64,000 nucleotides of DNA, from assembly GCF_009914755.1 (NCBI RefSeq), contig NC_060943.1, one strand, 5' to 3'. The notes under the pieces are model-generated. The model was not told the origin of the DNA and did not search any database. It saw only the letters and a list, made by a program, of their open reading frames with translations. A program made the position numbers and the translations under genes. Source of the stretch: the human T2T-CHM13v2.0 reference genome, Homo sapiens. Below, piece after piece: positions 25,592 through 47,920 of this stretch (positions are counted from its first letter, which is position 1; every line of letters starts with the position of its first letter).

Positions 25592-26549
25592 TTAGTGCAG
25601 ATATGGGACATTTTCATCATGCCAGAGAGTTCTATTAGACAGCATTGGCTAAGGTCACGCAGTAACAGGCAGGGGCAGGATTCAAACTCAGATCTGTGAG
25701 ATGCCAGAGCCCATTTATTTTCCACCTCCCAGTTGAGGGAGGAGGAGAAGGAGAGGAACAGGGGCTGGGGCTTCTAGGAAGAGAATAAGGAGTGCAGCCC
25801 TGAAGTGCCAGATGTTGGGTGGTAACCGTGTGCCAGGCACCATGCCACCGTTCATTTCATCATCCCCACACTCCTGAAGAATCTGGACACCTGGAGTCAA
25901 ATCCTCATTCAGCCCAGACTTTGCTGTGTGATCTTGAACCAATCACTGTTCATCTCTGGATCTCAGTACATGAAGGGTTAGGGCTGTGGCTCTGACCTTT
26001 AACCTGTGCTGCTTCCACCACTCCGCTTTAACAGAATTGGAAACTAAGGCCCAGGGAGATGTTGAGACTTGATCGAGGTCTTAGGAGTAGGTGGAGTTCC
26101 CCGGCTCAGACCCAGGGTCTCCACCCCCAGAGTGCTAATCCAGAGTATCTCCTCTCTGCCCCTTCTAGAGCCTGAGCTTGGAGAAGGAACAAACAGGCCT
26201 GGAATCCTGGCTCAGGCACGTGCTGTCCATGCAAAGTGGCATACTGCCCAGTTTACCTGGGCCAGGCCTGATGTCCTTACCAGCAGCAGCAACTTTCTTT
26301 CTCAAAAGTGCCCCTTTGGTTTGATGGCTTGCCTGGTCACCCTGTGTCCGTGTGACCCTGAGCAAGCTATGTGATTTCTCTGAACATCTCCTTACTCTCG
26401 TCTGTAAAAAGAGGATCCTAATAATCTACTCCTAGGAAGAATCATTGTGAAAATGTAACAAATTAATGCCTATAAACTGATTAGCATGGGCCAGGCAAGT
26501 AGTGATCTTTCCTTAGTGATTTTTTTTTCTTTTTCTTTCTTTTTTTTGA

Positions 26550-26825
<276 letters not shown>

Positions 26826-28474
26826 TAAATAGTGATTATTATCAAAACAAATCATTACCGTGTGTGAGGAGAGGGCCTAGGATGATTGAGATTTGTGTCC
26901 GTTGTCCTCCCCCAGGGAAAGAGGGGAATCTTGAAAACCGCATCCCAGCACCAGATCTTTCGCTGGTGTTAGTTTCTCTACTCCTCACCACAACCCTGTG
27001 ACACAGGCATTATGATCCCTGTTTAACCCAAGGGGAAACTGAGGCTCACAGAGGTTGAGTGGCATGCCCAAGGACATCACCCAGCTGGTGAGCAAGTCCA
27101 ACTCGGATCCACCCACCTATCTGGAAAGCCTCGGAAGGCAGGGCGGGTGGCAAGGAGACGGAAGCCCAGCTGGTGTGGACTGGTGCGGGGAAGGAGGAGG
27201 AAGAGCCGCCAACCATGCCAGACGTTCTGGTCACGGACTTTGCCCGCCGCCTCCTTCCACCGTCCCTACCCCCCCGCCCTCTCCTCCTTCCCCCCTGGCC
27301 TGGCTCCTCAGTAGGGAGTCTCTGGGCAGCTGGTGCTCTTGTCCTCGCTGCCGCCTGCCAGCTGGTGCCTTAACTGATAAATCTTTGCTCCCTCCCTAGG
27401 GACAGGCCAGGGAGGGCATGGAAGGAGTTTGGACTGAAGCTTAAGAGGGAAGGGTCCCTCTAGCCCAGATGAGCCCCTGCTCCTCAAATCTCCAGTGTCC
27501 CGGGCTCATGTCACAGCCCAGGGTTTTGGGGGTCAGTGGACAGACAGCCCACCGGCCTAGATGTCAGGAGGGCTAGATTCCAATCCCCCTTTCACCACTT
27601 ACTGACCTTGAGAGGACGCCTTCCCTCTCTGGGCAAATCACAAGAATGACCATTTTCCTGAGCACCTACTAGAGCCAAGCCCCTACCCCCACATTCCTCC
27701 TTTTCATAGCATAGAAACAGACCAGGAAACTGAGGCTCCAAGAGATGAGTGATTTGCCCCAGGCCATACAGCTGGCACAGTCAGAAGCATCTGGCTCTTT
27801 CCACTCCACCAAAATGGCTTCGATTTATCACCTGTGAAACAGAAATGAATTAATAATCTCCACCACGTGGGGCCGGTGTGAGGTTCCAGGGAGGTAATGC
27901 AGGTAAAATGAATATGGGCTCAAAAATGATCAATGTGCTTTCTCGTCCTCGACCTGACTCTGCCTCAGACCAGCAGGGCCAGACACACCCCCTCTACAGT
28001 CAGTTCTTCTGCTCCAAAATAGGGAGAATCATCTTACAGCCTCCCTCCAAGGGTTGCTGTGCAGATCAAGTGAGATGATGGATGTGAATACCCTTGGTTA
28101 TTGCTGAAGGGCTAGGCAAAAACAGGGAGTCAGGGTGTTGCTGCTGTTGTTGTTCACAGAAGGCAATTAAGGCAAAGGAGAAGGGAGGATGGACGGAAGC
28201 TCAGGAGTTTAGGGGTCCGTTCTTTGCCTCCTCCATCTCCACTCTGAAGGGCAGGGCAAGAGTCAAGACAAAGCCAAAGCCATTCACTCTTTCAACACAC
28301 ATTTGCTGAAGTCCAGTCTAGCGCTGGGTGCTGGGGATAGAGAGCAGGGGCCCGGCAAGGTGGCTCACGCCTGTAATCCCAACACTTTGGGAGGCCAAGG
28401 CAGGAGGATTGCTTGAGGCCAGGAGTTTGAGACCCACCTGTGCAACATAGCAATACCGTCTCTACAAAAAATTA

Positions 28475-28687
<213 letters not shown>

Positions 28688-29924
28688 CTAACGAAGGGGA
28701 GATTTTCTTTTTCTTCTCTTTTGAGACAGGGTCTCACTCTGTTGCCCAGGCTGGAGTGCAGTGGTGCGATCACAGCTCACTGCAGTCCAGACCTCGTGGG
28801 TTCAAATGATCCTTCCGCCTTAACCTCCCAAAGCACTGGGATTACAGGCATGAGCCACCACACCAGACCAAAGGGAAGATTTTCAACAGTCTGTTTCCCT
28901 TAGCCTACCCCCGCCATCCCCAACCCCTATCGCCAACACTGCCACTTCCAATCAATCACCAAGTCCTATTTTACACGCTAAATATTACTGAATTCCCCAG
29001 GGCTCTGGCCTCAGCCTTTCTCACCTGGGCCTCCCCGCCTCCTCTCAGGTATGTTGGCCTCTTGTCTTGCCCACCTCCGATCCATCAGCCACGTGACCCC
29101 AGAGGGCTTCTCTAACCCCAAGGCTGACCCCAGCTGTCCCCTGCACAGAATCCTCCCATGCATAATATTGAATGCTTTCCATGGCTCCCCAAGTCCGGCT
29201 CCTGGCCCTGGTGTTCCGGGCCTCTTAGAGCCTGGCTCCCACCCACTTTTCCAGCCTCATCTCACACCAGAACCCTCCAGTGAGTTTCTCTCTTATCTCT
29301 GAAACTGCCCGCTCTGCAGCATCTGGCTTTTCCACATGCCATCCACCCTGCCGGGAATGCCCTTCCTCCTCTTGTCTGTCTGAGAAACTCCTTGTTCTTT
29401 AAGGTCCAGTTCAGAACTCACCTGAAATCCAGCCCTCAATCTGGCTTCCACCTTGACTCTCTCCCCCACCCCAGGCCCCAGCCTCCTCCCCACCACCCCA
29501 TCTACACACCAGCTCGTCTTTGTCTGGCACAGACCTGCCCTGCTGCATTGTGACCATCTGGGACAAATCACTGGGGCTTCAAATTTTCACCGAATTTCGT
29601 TGATAGGAGCCCCCGCCCTCAAGGCGCGTGGTCCAGTGTGAGGAAGAAGAGCAAGAGGTCAAGGGCAGACTCAGAAGCCAGGCTACTTCTGTTCAAATCC
29701 AGGCTCTGACACTGACCAGCTGATTTTTTTTTTTTTTTTTTGAGACAGGGCCTCACTGTGTCACCCAGCCTGGAGTGCAGTGGCACAATCAGGGCTTACT
29801 GCAGCCTTGACTTCTGGGTCTCAAGTGATCCTCCTACCTCAGCCCCCCAAGTACTTGGGACTACGGGTGCATGCCACCACACTGAGCTAATTTTTTTTTT
29901 TTAAGAAGTTTTGGTAGATACTAG

Positions 29925-30212
<288 letters not shown>

Positions 30213-31662
30213 TAGAGACTGGGTCTCGCTCTGTTGCCCAGGCTGGTCTCAAACTCCTGGCCTGACACGATCCTCCCATCTCAACCTCCCAAAGTGCTGG
30301 AATTACAGTCATGAGCCACCTCGCCCAGCCACTGGCCAGCTAATTGGATTCGGCCAACTCCTTATCCTCTCTGTGCCCCAGTTCCATTATCTGAAACACA
30401 GGGCTGTGAGTAGTGCCCGTGTCCTAGGGTGGCTGTAAGGATGACCTGGGTGAGTGTTTATAGAGTGTTTCCGTGGTTTTTTTAGCAAATACACATAGAA
30501 GACAGGCATGGCCGGGCGTGGTGGCTCACGCCTGTAATCCCAGCACTTTGGGAGGCCAAGGCAGGCGGATCACGAGGTCAGGTGATCGAGACCATCGTGG
30601 CTGGCATGGTGAAACCCCGTCTCTACTAAAAATACAAAAAAAAAAAATAGCCAGGCATGGTGGCGGGTGCCTGTAGTCCCAGCTACTCGGGAGGCTGAGG
30701 CAGGAGAATGGCGTGAACCCCGGGGGCCGGAGCCTGCAGTGAGCCGAGATGGCGCCACTGCACTCCAGCCTGGGTGACAGCCAGACTCTGTCTCCAAAAA
30801 AAAAAACAGACGAGAGGGACAGGGTTACCAGATCAGTGTCGTAGTATTTGTCTAAAACAAAATCCCGAAGCCAAAAAACAAGGCAAAATGTTAATATGTG
30901 TTAGTTTGGCCAGGTGACACTGGGTGTTTCTTATGTTTCTCTTCGTATTTTTCTGTATGCTTGGACTATCTTGCAAATGAACCTAAGAAATTAATAGGAA
31001 TTAGTGAGGCCAGGAGGGAAGAGACAGAAGTCGCAGAGGGAAGGGCTCTAAGTGCCTCCTCTCGTTTAGTCCTCAGAAACACCCCAGAGGGAAGAGCTGA
31101 GAGGCAGAGAGAATAATCACGACTGCAAACACTGATTCAGCTCTTCCCATGTCCCGGGCACTGTGCCAGGCATTTTATATGGGTACCTGGGTTTGGTGGC
31201 AGAAGGAGAGTGTGGGGGAGGCAGGGGTGAGTGAGGAGAGATGAAATTGGAAGAGTGAGGGAAGCGGAGACTCTGCAGGGCCTCCAAGGCCAGGCTTCAG
31301 GGCTGGGACTCAGTCCTGAGGCACTGGGGAGCCATGAGGGGCTGTGGCAGGGAGGGGCAGGGTGTGGAAAGACTCCCCTGGGGCCATGGTGGAGATGTGC
31401 TGAGGTGGGGAAGACTGGAGGTGGGGAGGCTGGGAGGAGGCTGGGGCAAGGGCCAAGGAGAGCAGACGAGGCCTGAGCCAGGATGGAGCAGAGGGGACGA
31501 GGGGCAGGAAGCTGAGGGCTCTGACACTGTGACAATGTCAAAGAGGGAGGGGTCCAGACGGACCAGTGACTGGGTATACGGAAAGACCGACAGCACCAGG
31601 GAGGAAGGAGGAGCAGCTTCAGGGAGAGACTGAGCTCTTCTCTGGCCCCTGGAAATCCACAG

Positions 31663-31900
31663 GTCTTCTCCCTGATCGTCTTCTCCTCCCTGCTGACCGA
31701 CGGCTACCAGAACAAGATGGAGTCTCCGCAGCTCCACTGCATTCTCAACAGCAACAGCGTGGCCTGCAGCTTTGCCGTGGGAGCCGGCTTCCTGGCCTTC
31801 CTCAGCTGCCTGGCCTTCCTCGTCCTGGACACACAGGAGACCCGCATTGCCGGCACCCGCTTCAAGACAGCCTTCCAGCTCCTGGACTTCATCCTGGCTG
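31663..31900 (+). CDS. SYNGR4: SYNGR4 coding exon 2 (VFSLIVFSS...LLDFILA), MARVEL domain
   Basis: cacag|GTC acceptor, G|gtgag donor, 238 nt; synaptogyrin C-x8-C lumenal loop. Confidence 0.95.
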
Positions 31901-32029
31901 GTGAGCCCCCAGGACCCCCAACCCAGAGCTGCCCCTCCTCCCGCTCACAGCCCTCCTGGCTCCCCAGGGCCTCCCGGGCACAACCCTTCACCACCTAGCC
32001 GGCCTCCACCCTGACTGTCCTCCCAGTAG

Positions 32030-32347
<318 letters not shown>

Positions 32348-32787
32348 TGAGTAGCTGGGATTACAGGCGCACACCACCACACCCGGCTAATTATTTTTTG
32401 TATTTTAGTAGAGACGGGGTTTCAGTGTGTTAGCCAGGATGGTCTCGATCTCCTGACCTGGTGATCCACCCACCTCTGCCTCCCAAAGTGCTGGGATTAC
32501 AGGCGTGAGCCACCACGCCCAGCCAAAGTCTTGCCTCCTAACCACTGCCAAACACTCCCGATGGAGCCTGGCATAAGCAAGCACAAAATGTGTGTCCTTC
32601 TTTGGGGCCTGACCTCCTTCCTCTCAGTCTGTTTGATCTCAACTCCTCCCCACCCTGCCGCTCCTCCTCCCTACTGGGCCAGTCCCAGTGACTTAGGGCC
32701 AAGGGAGCCTTAGAAGGTCATCGAATCTAGTGCTGTGCAGGAGAACTCCCTGTGAGGGTGGAAATGTTCTGTCCCTGCGCCTTCTCA

Positions 32788-33309
<522 letters not shown>

Positions 33310-33759
33310 CTACAGGTGCCCGCCACCGTGCTGGGCTAATTTTTGTTTTTTCAGTAGAGACGGGGTTTCGCCATGTTGCCCGGGCTGGTCTCGAACACCT
33401 GGCCTCGAGTGATCCACTTGCCTCAGCTTCCCAAAGTGCTGGGATTACAGGCGTTAGCCACCTCGCCTAGCCTAAAATCCTGTGTTAATGAATAGAAATT
33501 TAAACCGCTGCATGAGGCCGGCGGCTCCTGTATTAGACAGCGCAACTCTACTCCAGCAGCTCACTTTAGGGAAGGCTAGGAGGGACTGGGGAATGACTTG
33601 TGGGAGATGTGTCAACATAGAAGCTAATAAAAAAAGTATTTTTCAATACCTCGTGGAAGTTCGTGCAGCAAGACCACCAGCCCCATCCTTCCCATGCCTC
33701 AGCAGCCCTGCCTGAGTGAGCTTTCCCCCTGCCCCTTTTCTCTCCCTGTGACGCCACAG

Positions 33760-33899
33760 TTCTCTGGGCAGTTGTCTGGTTCATGGGTTTCTGCTTCCTG
33801 GCCAACCAATGGCAGCATTCGCCGCCCAAAGAGTTCCTCCTGGGGAGCAGCAGTGCCCAGGCAGCCATCGCCTTCACCTTCTTCTCCATCCTTGTCTGG
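33760..33899 (+). CDS. SYNGR4: SYNGR4 coding exon 3 (VLWAVVWFMGFCFLANQWQ...FFSILVW)
   Basis: cacag|TT acceptor, TGG|gtgag donor, 140 nt; the WFxGFCFLANQW motif is typical of synaptogyrins. Confidence 0.95.
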
Positions 33900-34231
33900 G
33901 TGAGGACAAGCCCCTCCACCACCCCTCCCTAGGAGGGCACCCTCTGCAGGGTGGGGTTGAAAGGGCTAGAACATTCCTGCTCTCACTTAGCTCCCCTGGG
34001 GGTCAGGGGTCGGGGGTTCCCCCAGGACTCCACTGGTCCCTTCCAGGTGCCGCTTCCTCTGAGCAGCCACAGCCCAGCATCAGGGCCTGTGCTTTGGCCT
34101 AGGGCTCCTGGGCAGTGAGCAGTCCAAACACCGGTATCTTTTGTCTCCTTCCCAGGCCAGTCCCCAGCCCAGTCCCTCTCCTGACCTGCCCAGCCCAAGT
34201 CAGCCTTCAGCACGCGCTTTTCTGCCCACAG

Positions 34232-34465
34232 ATATTCCAGGCCTACCTGGCATTCCAGGACCTCCGAAATGATGCTCCAGTCCCTTACAAGCGCTTCCTG
34301 GATGAGGGTGGCATGGTGCTGACCACCCTCCCCTTGCCCTCTGCCAACAGCCCTGTGAACATGCCCACCACTGGCCCCAACAGCCTGAGTTATGCTAGCT
34401 CTGCCCTGTCCCCCTGTCTGACCGCTCCAAAGTCCCCCCGGCTTGCTATGATGCCTGACAACTAA
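34232..34465 (+). CDS. SYNGR4: SYNGR4 last coding exon (IFQAYLAF...AMMPDN*)
   Basis: cacag|ATA acceptor, TAA ends at 34465; spliced total 234 aa. Confidence 0.95.
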   Translation: MFQAYLAFQDLRNDAPVPYKRFLDEGGMVLTTLPLPSANSPVNMPTTGPNSLSYASSALSPCLTAPKSPRLAMMPDN

Positions 34466-34482
34466 ATATCCTTATCCAAATC

Positions 34483-34488
34483 AATAAA
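34483..34488 (+). terminator. SYNGR4: SYNGR4 polyadenylation signal
   Basis: AATAAA 17 nt after the stop codon. Confidence 0.8.
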
Positions 34489-34566
34489 GAGAGAATCCTC
34501 CCTCCAGAAGGGTTTCTAAAAACAGCCCTCAGTCCTTCTCATGTCTGTTCCACTCTGGTTGCTTGA

Positions 34567-40498
<5,932 letters not shown>

Positions 40499-40735
40499 TA
40501 AGAAGACTCTTCAAGATTCTCTCCAAAACCTCTTCCCAGCAGCACGGCGAGGAACTGCACAGCTGAGAGTCTTGGGAGACCCAGTTTCTCCTCTTCCTGC
40601 TCCTCCTAGGCCTCGTCGCCTACAGATAGTCAATAAGGCAAAAGCAGAAGCAGAAAGAGGGGCGGGGGCGGGACCCCATACACACCAGGGACAGAGTGGC
40701 AAGGAGCAGCAAAAGAAAGGTTTCATTTTCTTCTG

Positions 40736-40741
40736 TTTATT
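40736..40741 (-). terminator. KDELR1: KDELR1 polyadenylation signal
   Basis: TTTATT on + (AATAAA on -) about 700 nt after the stop, followed on - by U/GU-rich sequence. Confidence 0.8.
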
Positions 40742-41438
40742 TCAAGAGAACAAAGATTCAACCATCAGTTCTGTACAAAAACATGGTGTGAGAGCCATGG
40801 GATCCTTGGGCCAGCCCCCTTCCCGCACTTGAGCCCCGGGCCCCCCTAATTTGCCAAAAAACCAGGAGAAGACCAAAAAATTCAAACTCTGGGGAAAAAA
40901 ATTACTATGAAAAAAAATCAGGGGAGACCTTCCTGGGCCTCCCTTTCTCCCTATCCCCAATCTAGAAATTTAGTGGGGGTCGCGGTTCATGGCCATGGCA
41001 GGAGGTGGGGCAGATGGGTGTCGGCAGATTTAGTGTTTGGCAACCAGTGGGGCTGGGGGTGGGATCTGGGAGGGAGCCGAGGGGCCTGGGGAAGGGAAAA
41101 GATCTTGGACCCTGCCCCGGCCCATAGGACACTCAAAAACACTTTATAAAAATTGGGGCCACAGAGTAGAAGAAAAACGAGTCATCAGAATCAAAAACTA
41201 AAGAGTGGAAAGATTTTTTTTTCTTGTCTAAAAGGCAAAAAACTACAAACAGCCCAAGTCCTGAGCTCCCCAAGACCTGGATCCTCCACTGTCCCCCTGA
41301 AACCCGGCAGGAGGCGGGATGGGGAGCACAAGAGGTGGGTTCTTAAAAAAGTCACCCCTGGATGGGAAAGCTCTTCATCTTCTGCCGCCTTCCTCTGCCT
41401 CCCGCTGCTGCCGAGGAGAGAGATGGAGAGGACCGGGG

Positions 41439-41473
41439 CTATGCCGGCAAACTCAACTTCTTCCCCTTTAGGA
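41439..41473 (-). CDS. KDELR1: KDELR1 exon 5 coding part (VLKGKKLSLPA*)
   Basis: cacag|TC acceptor, TAG ends at 41439; CDS total 639 nt = 212 aa. Confidence 0.97.
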
Positions 41474-42375
41474 CTGTGAGGAGAGAAAACAGGGAGGGCA
41501 TTACCGCTGGGGCCCCTGCAGGGAGGGGACAGCCTCCCACAGCCAGAGCAGGGCAGGCACGCTAGATGGGCAGATCCACAGGGAGGGAGGTCCCCCAGGA
41601 CTCACAGATACATTCCTGGTTTCTTTCCTTCCTACCCTTTCTCACTACTGGCAATTTTCTTTCTTTCTTTTTTTGAGACAAGGTCCCACTCTGTAGCCCA
41701 GGCTGGAGTGCAGTGGCATAGTCACAGCTCCGTGCAGCCTTGACCTCCTCAAGCAATTCTCCCACCTCAGCCTCCCAAGGAGCTGGGACCACAGGCGTGC
41801 ACCACCATGCCCAGCTAATTTTTTTATTTTTTTATTTTTTATAGTGACAGGGTCTTGCTATGTTGCTCTGGAACTCCTAGGCTTAAGAAATCTCCCTGCC
41901 TCAGTCTCCCAAAGTGCTGGGATTACAGGTATGAGCCACCATGCCCAACTAATTCTTTCTTTACTTGTTCATTCACCATCTCCCCCACCAGAATAAAAGG
42001 GAAATGGAGGACTTTGTCTATCTTTTCTCCTCCTAATGTATCCCCAGAGCCTAGCACCTGGCTGGGGACATAGAAAGTACTCAATACATTTGTTGCATGA
42101 ATAAATGAATGAATTTCAGTGGGCTGAGTCCCCGCCCTGCCTGGCCTACGCTCCAAGTGACATGGGGGCTAAGGACAGAAACTCCTTAGCCCTTAGGGAG
42201 GCAGAGGCTAACGGTCTGAATTCCTAGGAGGATGGTAGGCCTGCCACCCCAGAAACCCGGCGAAGAAATGCTCCCTTCTTTGCATAATACAGGGGTAAGG
42301 AGACCCCAGTCCCCAGGGAGGGCAGGAGCTGCAGAAATAGGAGGTTCCCTTCCAGCCGTCCCACATTCCAGCTAC

Positions 42376-42628
42376 CTTTGGTGATATAGAGGTAGAAGAA
42401 ATCGCAGTAGAGGACTGTCTGGACCAGGCCTGCCACAATGGCGATGAGGTCGAAGAAGCCCTCGAAATGGTAGCGCCAGATCCAGTTGAAGAGATAGAGC
42501 GTGCGGTAAACGCCTAGCGCAAACAAGTAGTGGCTGGTGATGGTCTCCGCCTCGCCGGTCTTGCTCACCATGAACAGCTGCGGCAAGATGGCCACTGACT
42601 CCAGGTAGATGGAGAAGGTCCAGAGGAT
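42376..42628 (-). CDS. KDELR1: KDELR1 exon 4 ([18 protein letters not shown]...[10 protein letters not shown])
   Basis: ERD2-family signature; gcag|ATC acceptor, G|gtag donor, 253 nt. Confidence 0.97.
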
Positions 42629-42901
42629 CTGCAGAGAGGCCGGGGACATGATGAGGTGGGAGGGGACAGGGCGGGAGAAAAGGCAGAGGACAACATTGCA
42701 GTTACAGGTGCCGCGAAGGTGGAGAGAAGGAAGGTGATCCAGGTGCTGCCAAGTGCCAGACACAGTTCTGCCCGAGTTACTGGTACCTCTGATTTAATCA
42801 TCACCATGGCCCGGCGAGGAGATCCTATGATTAGCACACTTATTCTACAGATGAGGAAACTGACACCAGAGAAGGTAAGATACTCGCCCAAGACCATGTA
42901 G

Positions 42902-43444
<543 letters not shown>

Positions 43445-44366
43445 TAGTCACCTCCCGAGAGGGACCCTCCCTGGCCATCCTTCCCCCAGGACTGTCACAT
43501 CACCCCATCTTATCTCCTTCCTGGCCACTCGCACCAGCAATTGAGCTCTGTGAGGGCTGGGATCCTACTTCTTGTTCACCCCGTGGCCCTAGCACCTAGC
43601 ACAGTTCCTGAATGAGTGAGGAAATGGGAGTTAGCATCTATAAAGGGGTCCCCATGTGCTCAGCACAGGCCACCATTTAGGGAGCACTGACAACCATCAT
43701 TCATGAGCAGGACAGGACATCATGGGACAGGGAAGAAGACATCTGCCAGCCCCCTTTCAGTCCCCAGCTCCCTGAAAGTGCCACCTGGGGTGATCTGTGA
43801 TCTGCAGACACACTGAAACCTCAGAGAGCAAAGCCAGGTGGCAGGTGTGGCTCCTTGGTTGTCTTGGTTTGTGGAAGGAAGGTGGGGGGCACCAGGACCT
43901 ATTCATAACAACTCATGCTTTTCTAGCATTTACGACATCCAAGGCATCGCTCCTTAGGGTGTTAACTGGCCTGAGCCTTAACCCCATGAGGTAGGTACTG
44001 TTGTCATTCCCATTCTACAGATGAGGAAACTGAGGCCCAAAGGATAAGAAACGTGTCCAGATTCCCACTGAAGCACGTAGAGTCCAGGACCTGCTCCCAG
44101 AATCATCCAGAATCCTCCAGGGAGGCTCTCGTGAAGCCAGGTTAGTTGATGCTGCTGGGAAACGAACCCATTAAATTGATGCCCATTCAACTCTCACCCC
44201 TGGGGTTGCCCTTAGGGAACAGAGTCACCGTTTAAAGAGAGACAGAAGGTCTGTTGCTTTTTTTTTTTTTTTTTCCTGAGGCCGAGTTTCACTCTTGTCA
44301 CCCAGGCTGGAGTGCAGTGGCGCGATCTCGGCTCACTGCAAACCTCCACCTCACGGGTTCAAGTGA

Positions 44367-44829
<463 letters not shown>

Positions 44830-45027
44830 TGATCCACGATCCACCTGTCTCAGCCTCCCAAAGTGCTGGGATTCAGGCGTGAGCCACTGCGCCCAGCCTG
44901 ATGTCTGAATTTTTAAAGAATATTTTCCTTAGGTCAGGCACGGCAGCTCACACCTGTAATCCCAGCACTTTGGAAGGCTGAGGCAGGTGGATCACTTGAG
45001 GCCAGGAGTTCAAGATCACCCTGGTCA

Positions 45028-45333
<306 letters not shown>

Positions 45334-46829
45334 TCAACAGGGCAGTTATGAGCTAAGTCAAGGGCTTGGATAAGTGATCCAAGCAAGGTGGTAACAATAT
45401 GTTTGCAAAGTCCAGGGCCTGGAGCCAAGCCCAGGATTCCCACCACAGCATGATGCAGCCTCCCTCTGATATCTCTGACCCATGGGCCAAAGTCACCCTC
45501 TGTTGGATTTGTCTGGCCTATACAGTGCTTTTAGAGATATGTTTTGAAGGCCAGGCACGGTGGCTCATGCCTGTAATCCTAGCACTTTGGGAAGCTGAGA
45601 TGGGAGAATTGCTTAAGACCAGGAGTTCAAGACCAGCCTGTCAACATGGTGAAACCCCATCTCTACTAGAAACACAAAAATTAGCCAGGCGTGGTGGCAA
45701 GCACCTGTAATCCCAGCTACTCGGGAGGCTGAGGCAGGAGAAACGCTTGACCTGGGAGGCAGAGGTTGCAGTGAGCCAAGATCGTGCCACTGCACTCCAG
45801 CCTGGGCGACAGAATGAGAGTCCATCTCAAAAAAGAAAAAAAAAAAAAAAAAAGAAATATAGTCTGAATCTGTGGCTAAAATTTTAAAATGAGACATCTT
45901 GCCTGAAAACTCCTGAATTATGGCTTCTGTTGAAAAGATCAGCACATCTGGCCACCCAGGCCTATCTTCCTATAAGGCAGGAGTGGGCACAGGTAAGAAA
46001 AGGTTACCCTGAATTTATGATTCCTGCCAGGCCCCAGGAGGCAAGAGATCGCAAACTTAGCACTGGCTCTCGCAAAATTCCTCCCAGGAGTTTGTACAGG
46101 TCCCAGCAAAACACCATGGAATAAAAATCATTAACAGCGAACATTTAAAAGTAAAAGTATCAGAGATGGGACTAAACACTTCAGTCATTGAACATTGATT
46201 GACACAGCACTTCCTACCTCATCCCAGATACTGTGCTTTATTAATACCAACCTCTCATTTGAACCCTATGACATAGGAACTGATTATCTCCATTTTACAG
46301 ATGAGGAAACTGAGGCACAGGGTAGTTATGTGATTTGCCCAGAATCCCATAGCTGCTACATGGTAGAGGCAGGGTCCAAATCCTTACACTCTGATTCTAG
46401 AGTCTTTATGTGTTTTGACACCAGGCAATGCTGCAAAGTCTCAGTAAATTCTCACAATGACCTGATCACAACTTTACAAATGTGGAAACCGAGGTACAGA
46501 GAGGTCAAGTCACATGCACGGGATCATGCTAATAGAAACTAGCAGATTTGGAGCCGGGCGCGGTGGCTCATGCCTGTAATCCCAGCACTTTGGGAGGCTG
46601 AGGAGAGTGGATCACCTGAGGTCAGGAATTCGAGACCAGCCTGGCCAATATGTTGAAACCCTGTCTCTACTAAAAATACAAAAAATAACCTGGCTTGGTG
46701 GTGGGCATCTGCAATCTCAGCTACTCGGGAGGCTGAGGCAGGACAATCGCTTGAACCTGGGAGGTGGAGGTTGCAGTGAGCCAGAATCATGCCACTGCCT
46801 CCAGTCTGGGCAACCGAGCGAGACTTTGT

Positions 46830-47106
46830 CGAAAGAGAAAGGAAAAAAGAAAGAAAGGAAGAAAAGGAAGAAAAGGAAGAAAGGAAGAAAGGAAGGAAAG
46901 AAGAAAGAAAGGAAAGAAAGGAAGAAAGAAAGAAAGGAAAGAAAGAGAAAGAAAGGAAGGAAGGAAGGAGGAAAGGAAGAAAGGAAGGAGGAAAGGAAGA
47001 AGGAAAGGAAGAAAGAAAGGAAGGAAGGAAGAAAGAAAGGAAGGAAGAAAGGAAGAAAGGAAAGAAAGAAAGAAAGAAGGAAAGAAAGAAAGAAAGAAAA
47101 AAGAAA
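46830..47106 (+). repeat. (GAAA/GGAA)n compound microsatellite expanded from an Alu tail
   Basis: Directly follows an Alu; flanked by the TSD-like sequence agaaactagcagatttgga (about 46534 and 47102). Confidence 0.9.
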
Positions 47107-47109
47107 CTA

Positions 47110-47445
<336 letters not shown>

Positions 47446-47704
47446 TCAGTTTCCTCATCTGTAAAGTGGGGCTGCTGAGAAAAGTAAGTAGGTGAAATGC
47501 TTAGGGTAGTGACTGACACATAGCGAGTCTTGCTGCTGTTGTGTTAATTTCCTCTGACCCCAGAGCCCATGCACTGAACTTATGCATCCTAAAATAAGGC
47601 AGTTTGGGCACACCCTGCAGAAGGAAGCCTGTGAGAGGGTCTCCTGTCATAGCTACTCTGCCACAACCATCCCCCCAAATAAGGAGTCACAGCAAGGCGC
47701 CTAC

Positions 47705-47863
47705 CTCCAGAGGGGTGAAGTCATGATTGACCAGGAACGCCAGAATGGCTGTGGGAACGACCAGGAACTCCACTCTGAACGTGTCATGGTTCCCATCGTA
47801 AGTAGCTTTGAACTTGCTATAAATCAACCAGACCGTGGTGAAGGAGCAGGCTATGTAGACCAC
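47705..47863 (-). CDS. KDELR1: KDELR1 exon 3 (VVYIACSFTTVWLIYSKFKATYDGNHDTFR...FTPLE)
   Basis: ctcag|GTG acceptor, GAG|gtag donor, 159 nt. Confidence 0.97.
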
Positions 47864-47920
47864 CTGAGGAGGGGGATGATGAGAAGGGGCCTCAACTCAC
47901 AGGCCTGTGCCCCAGTAGGC

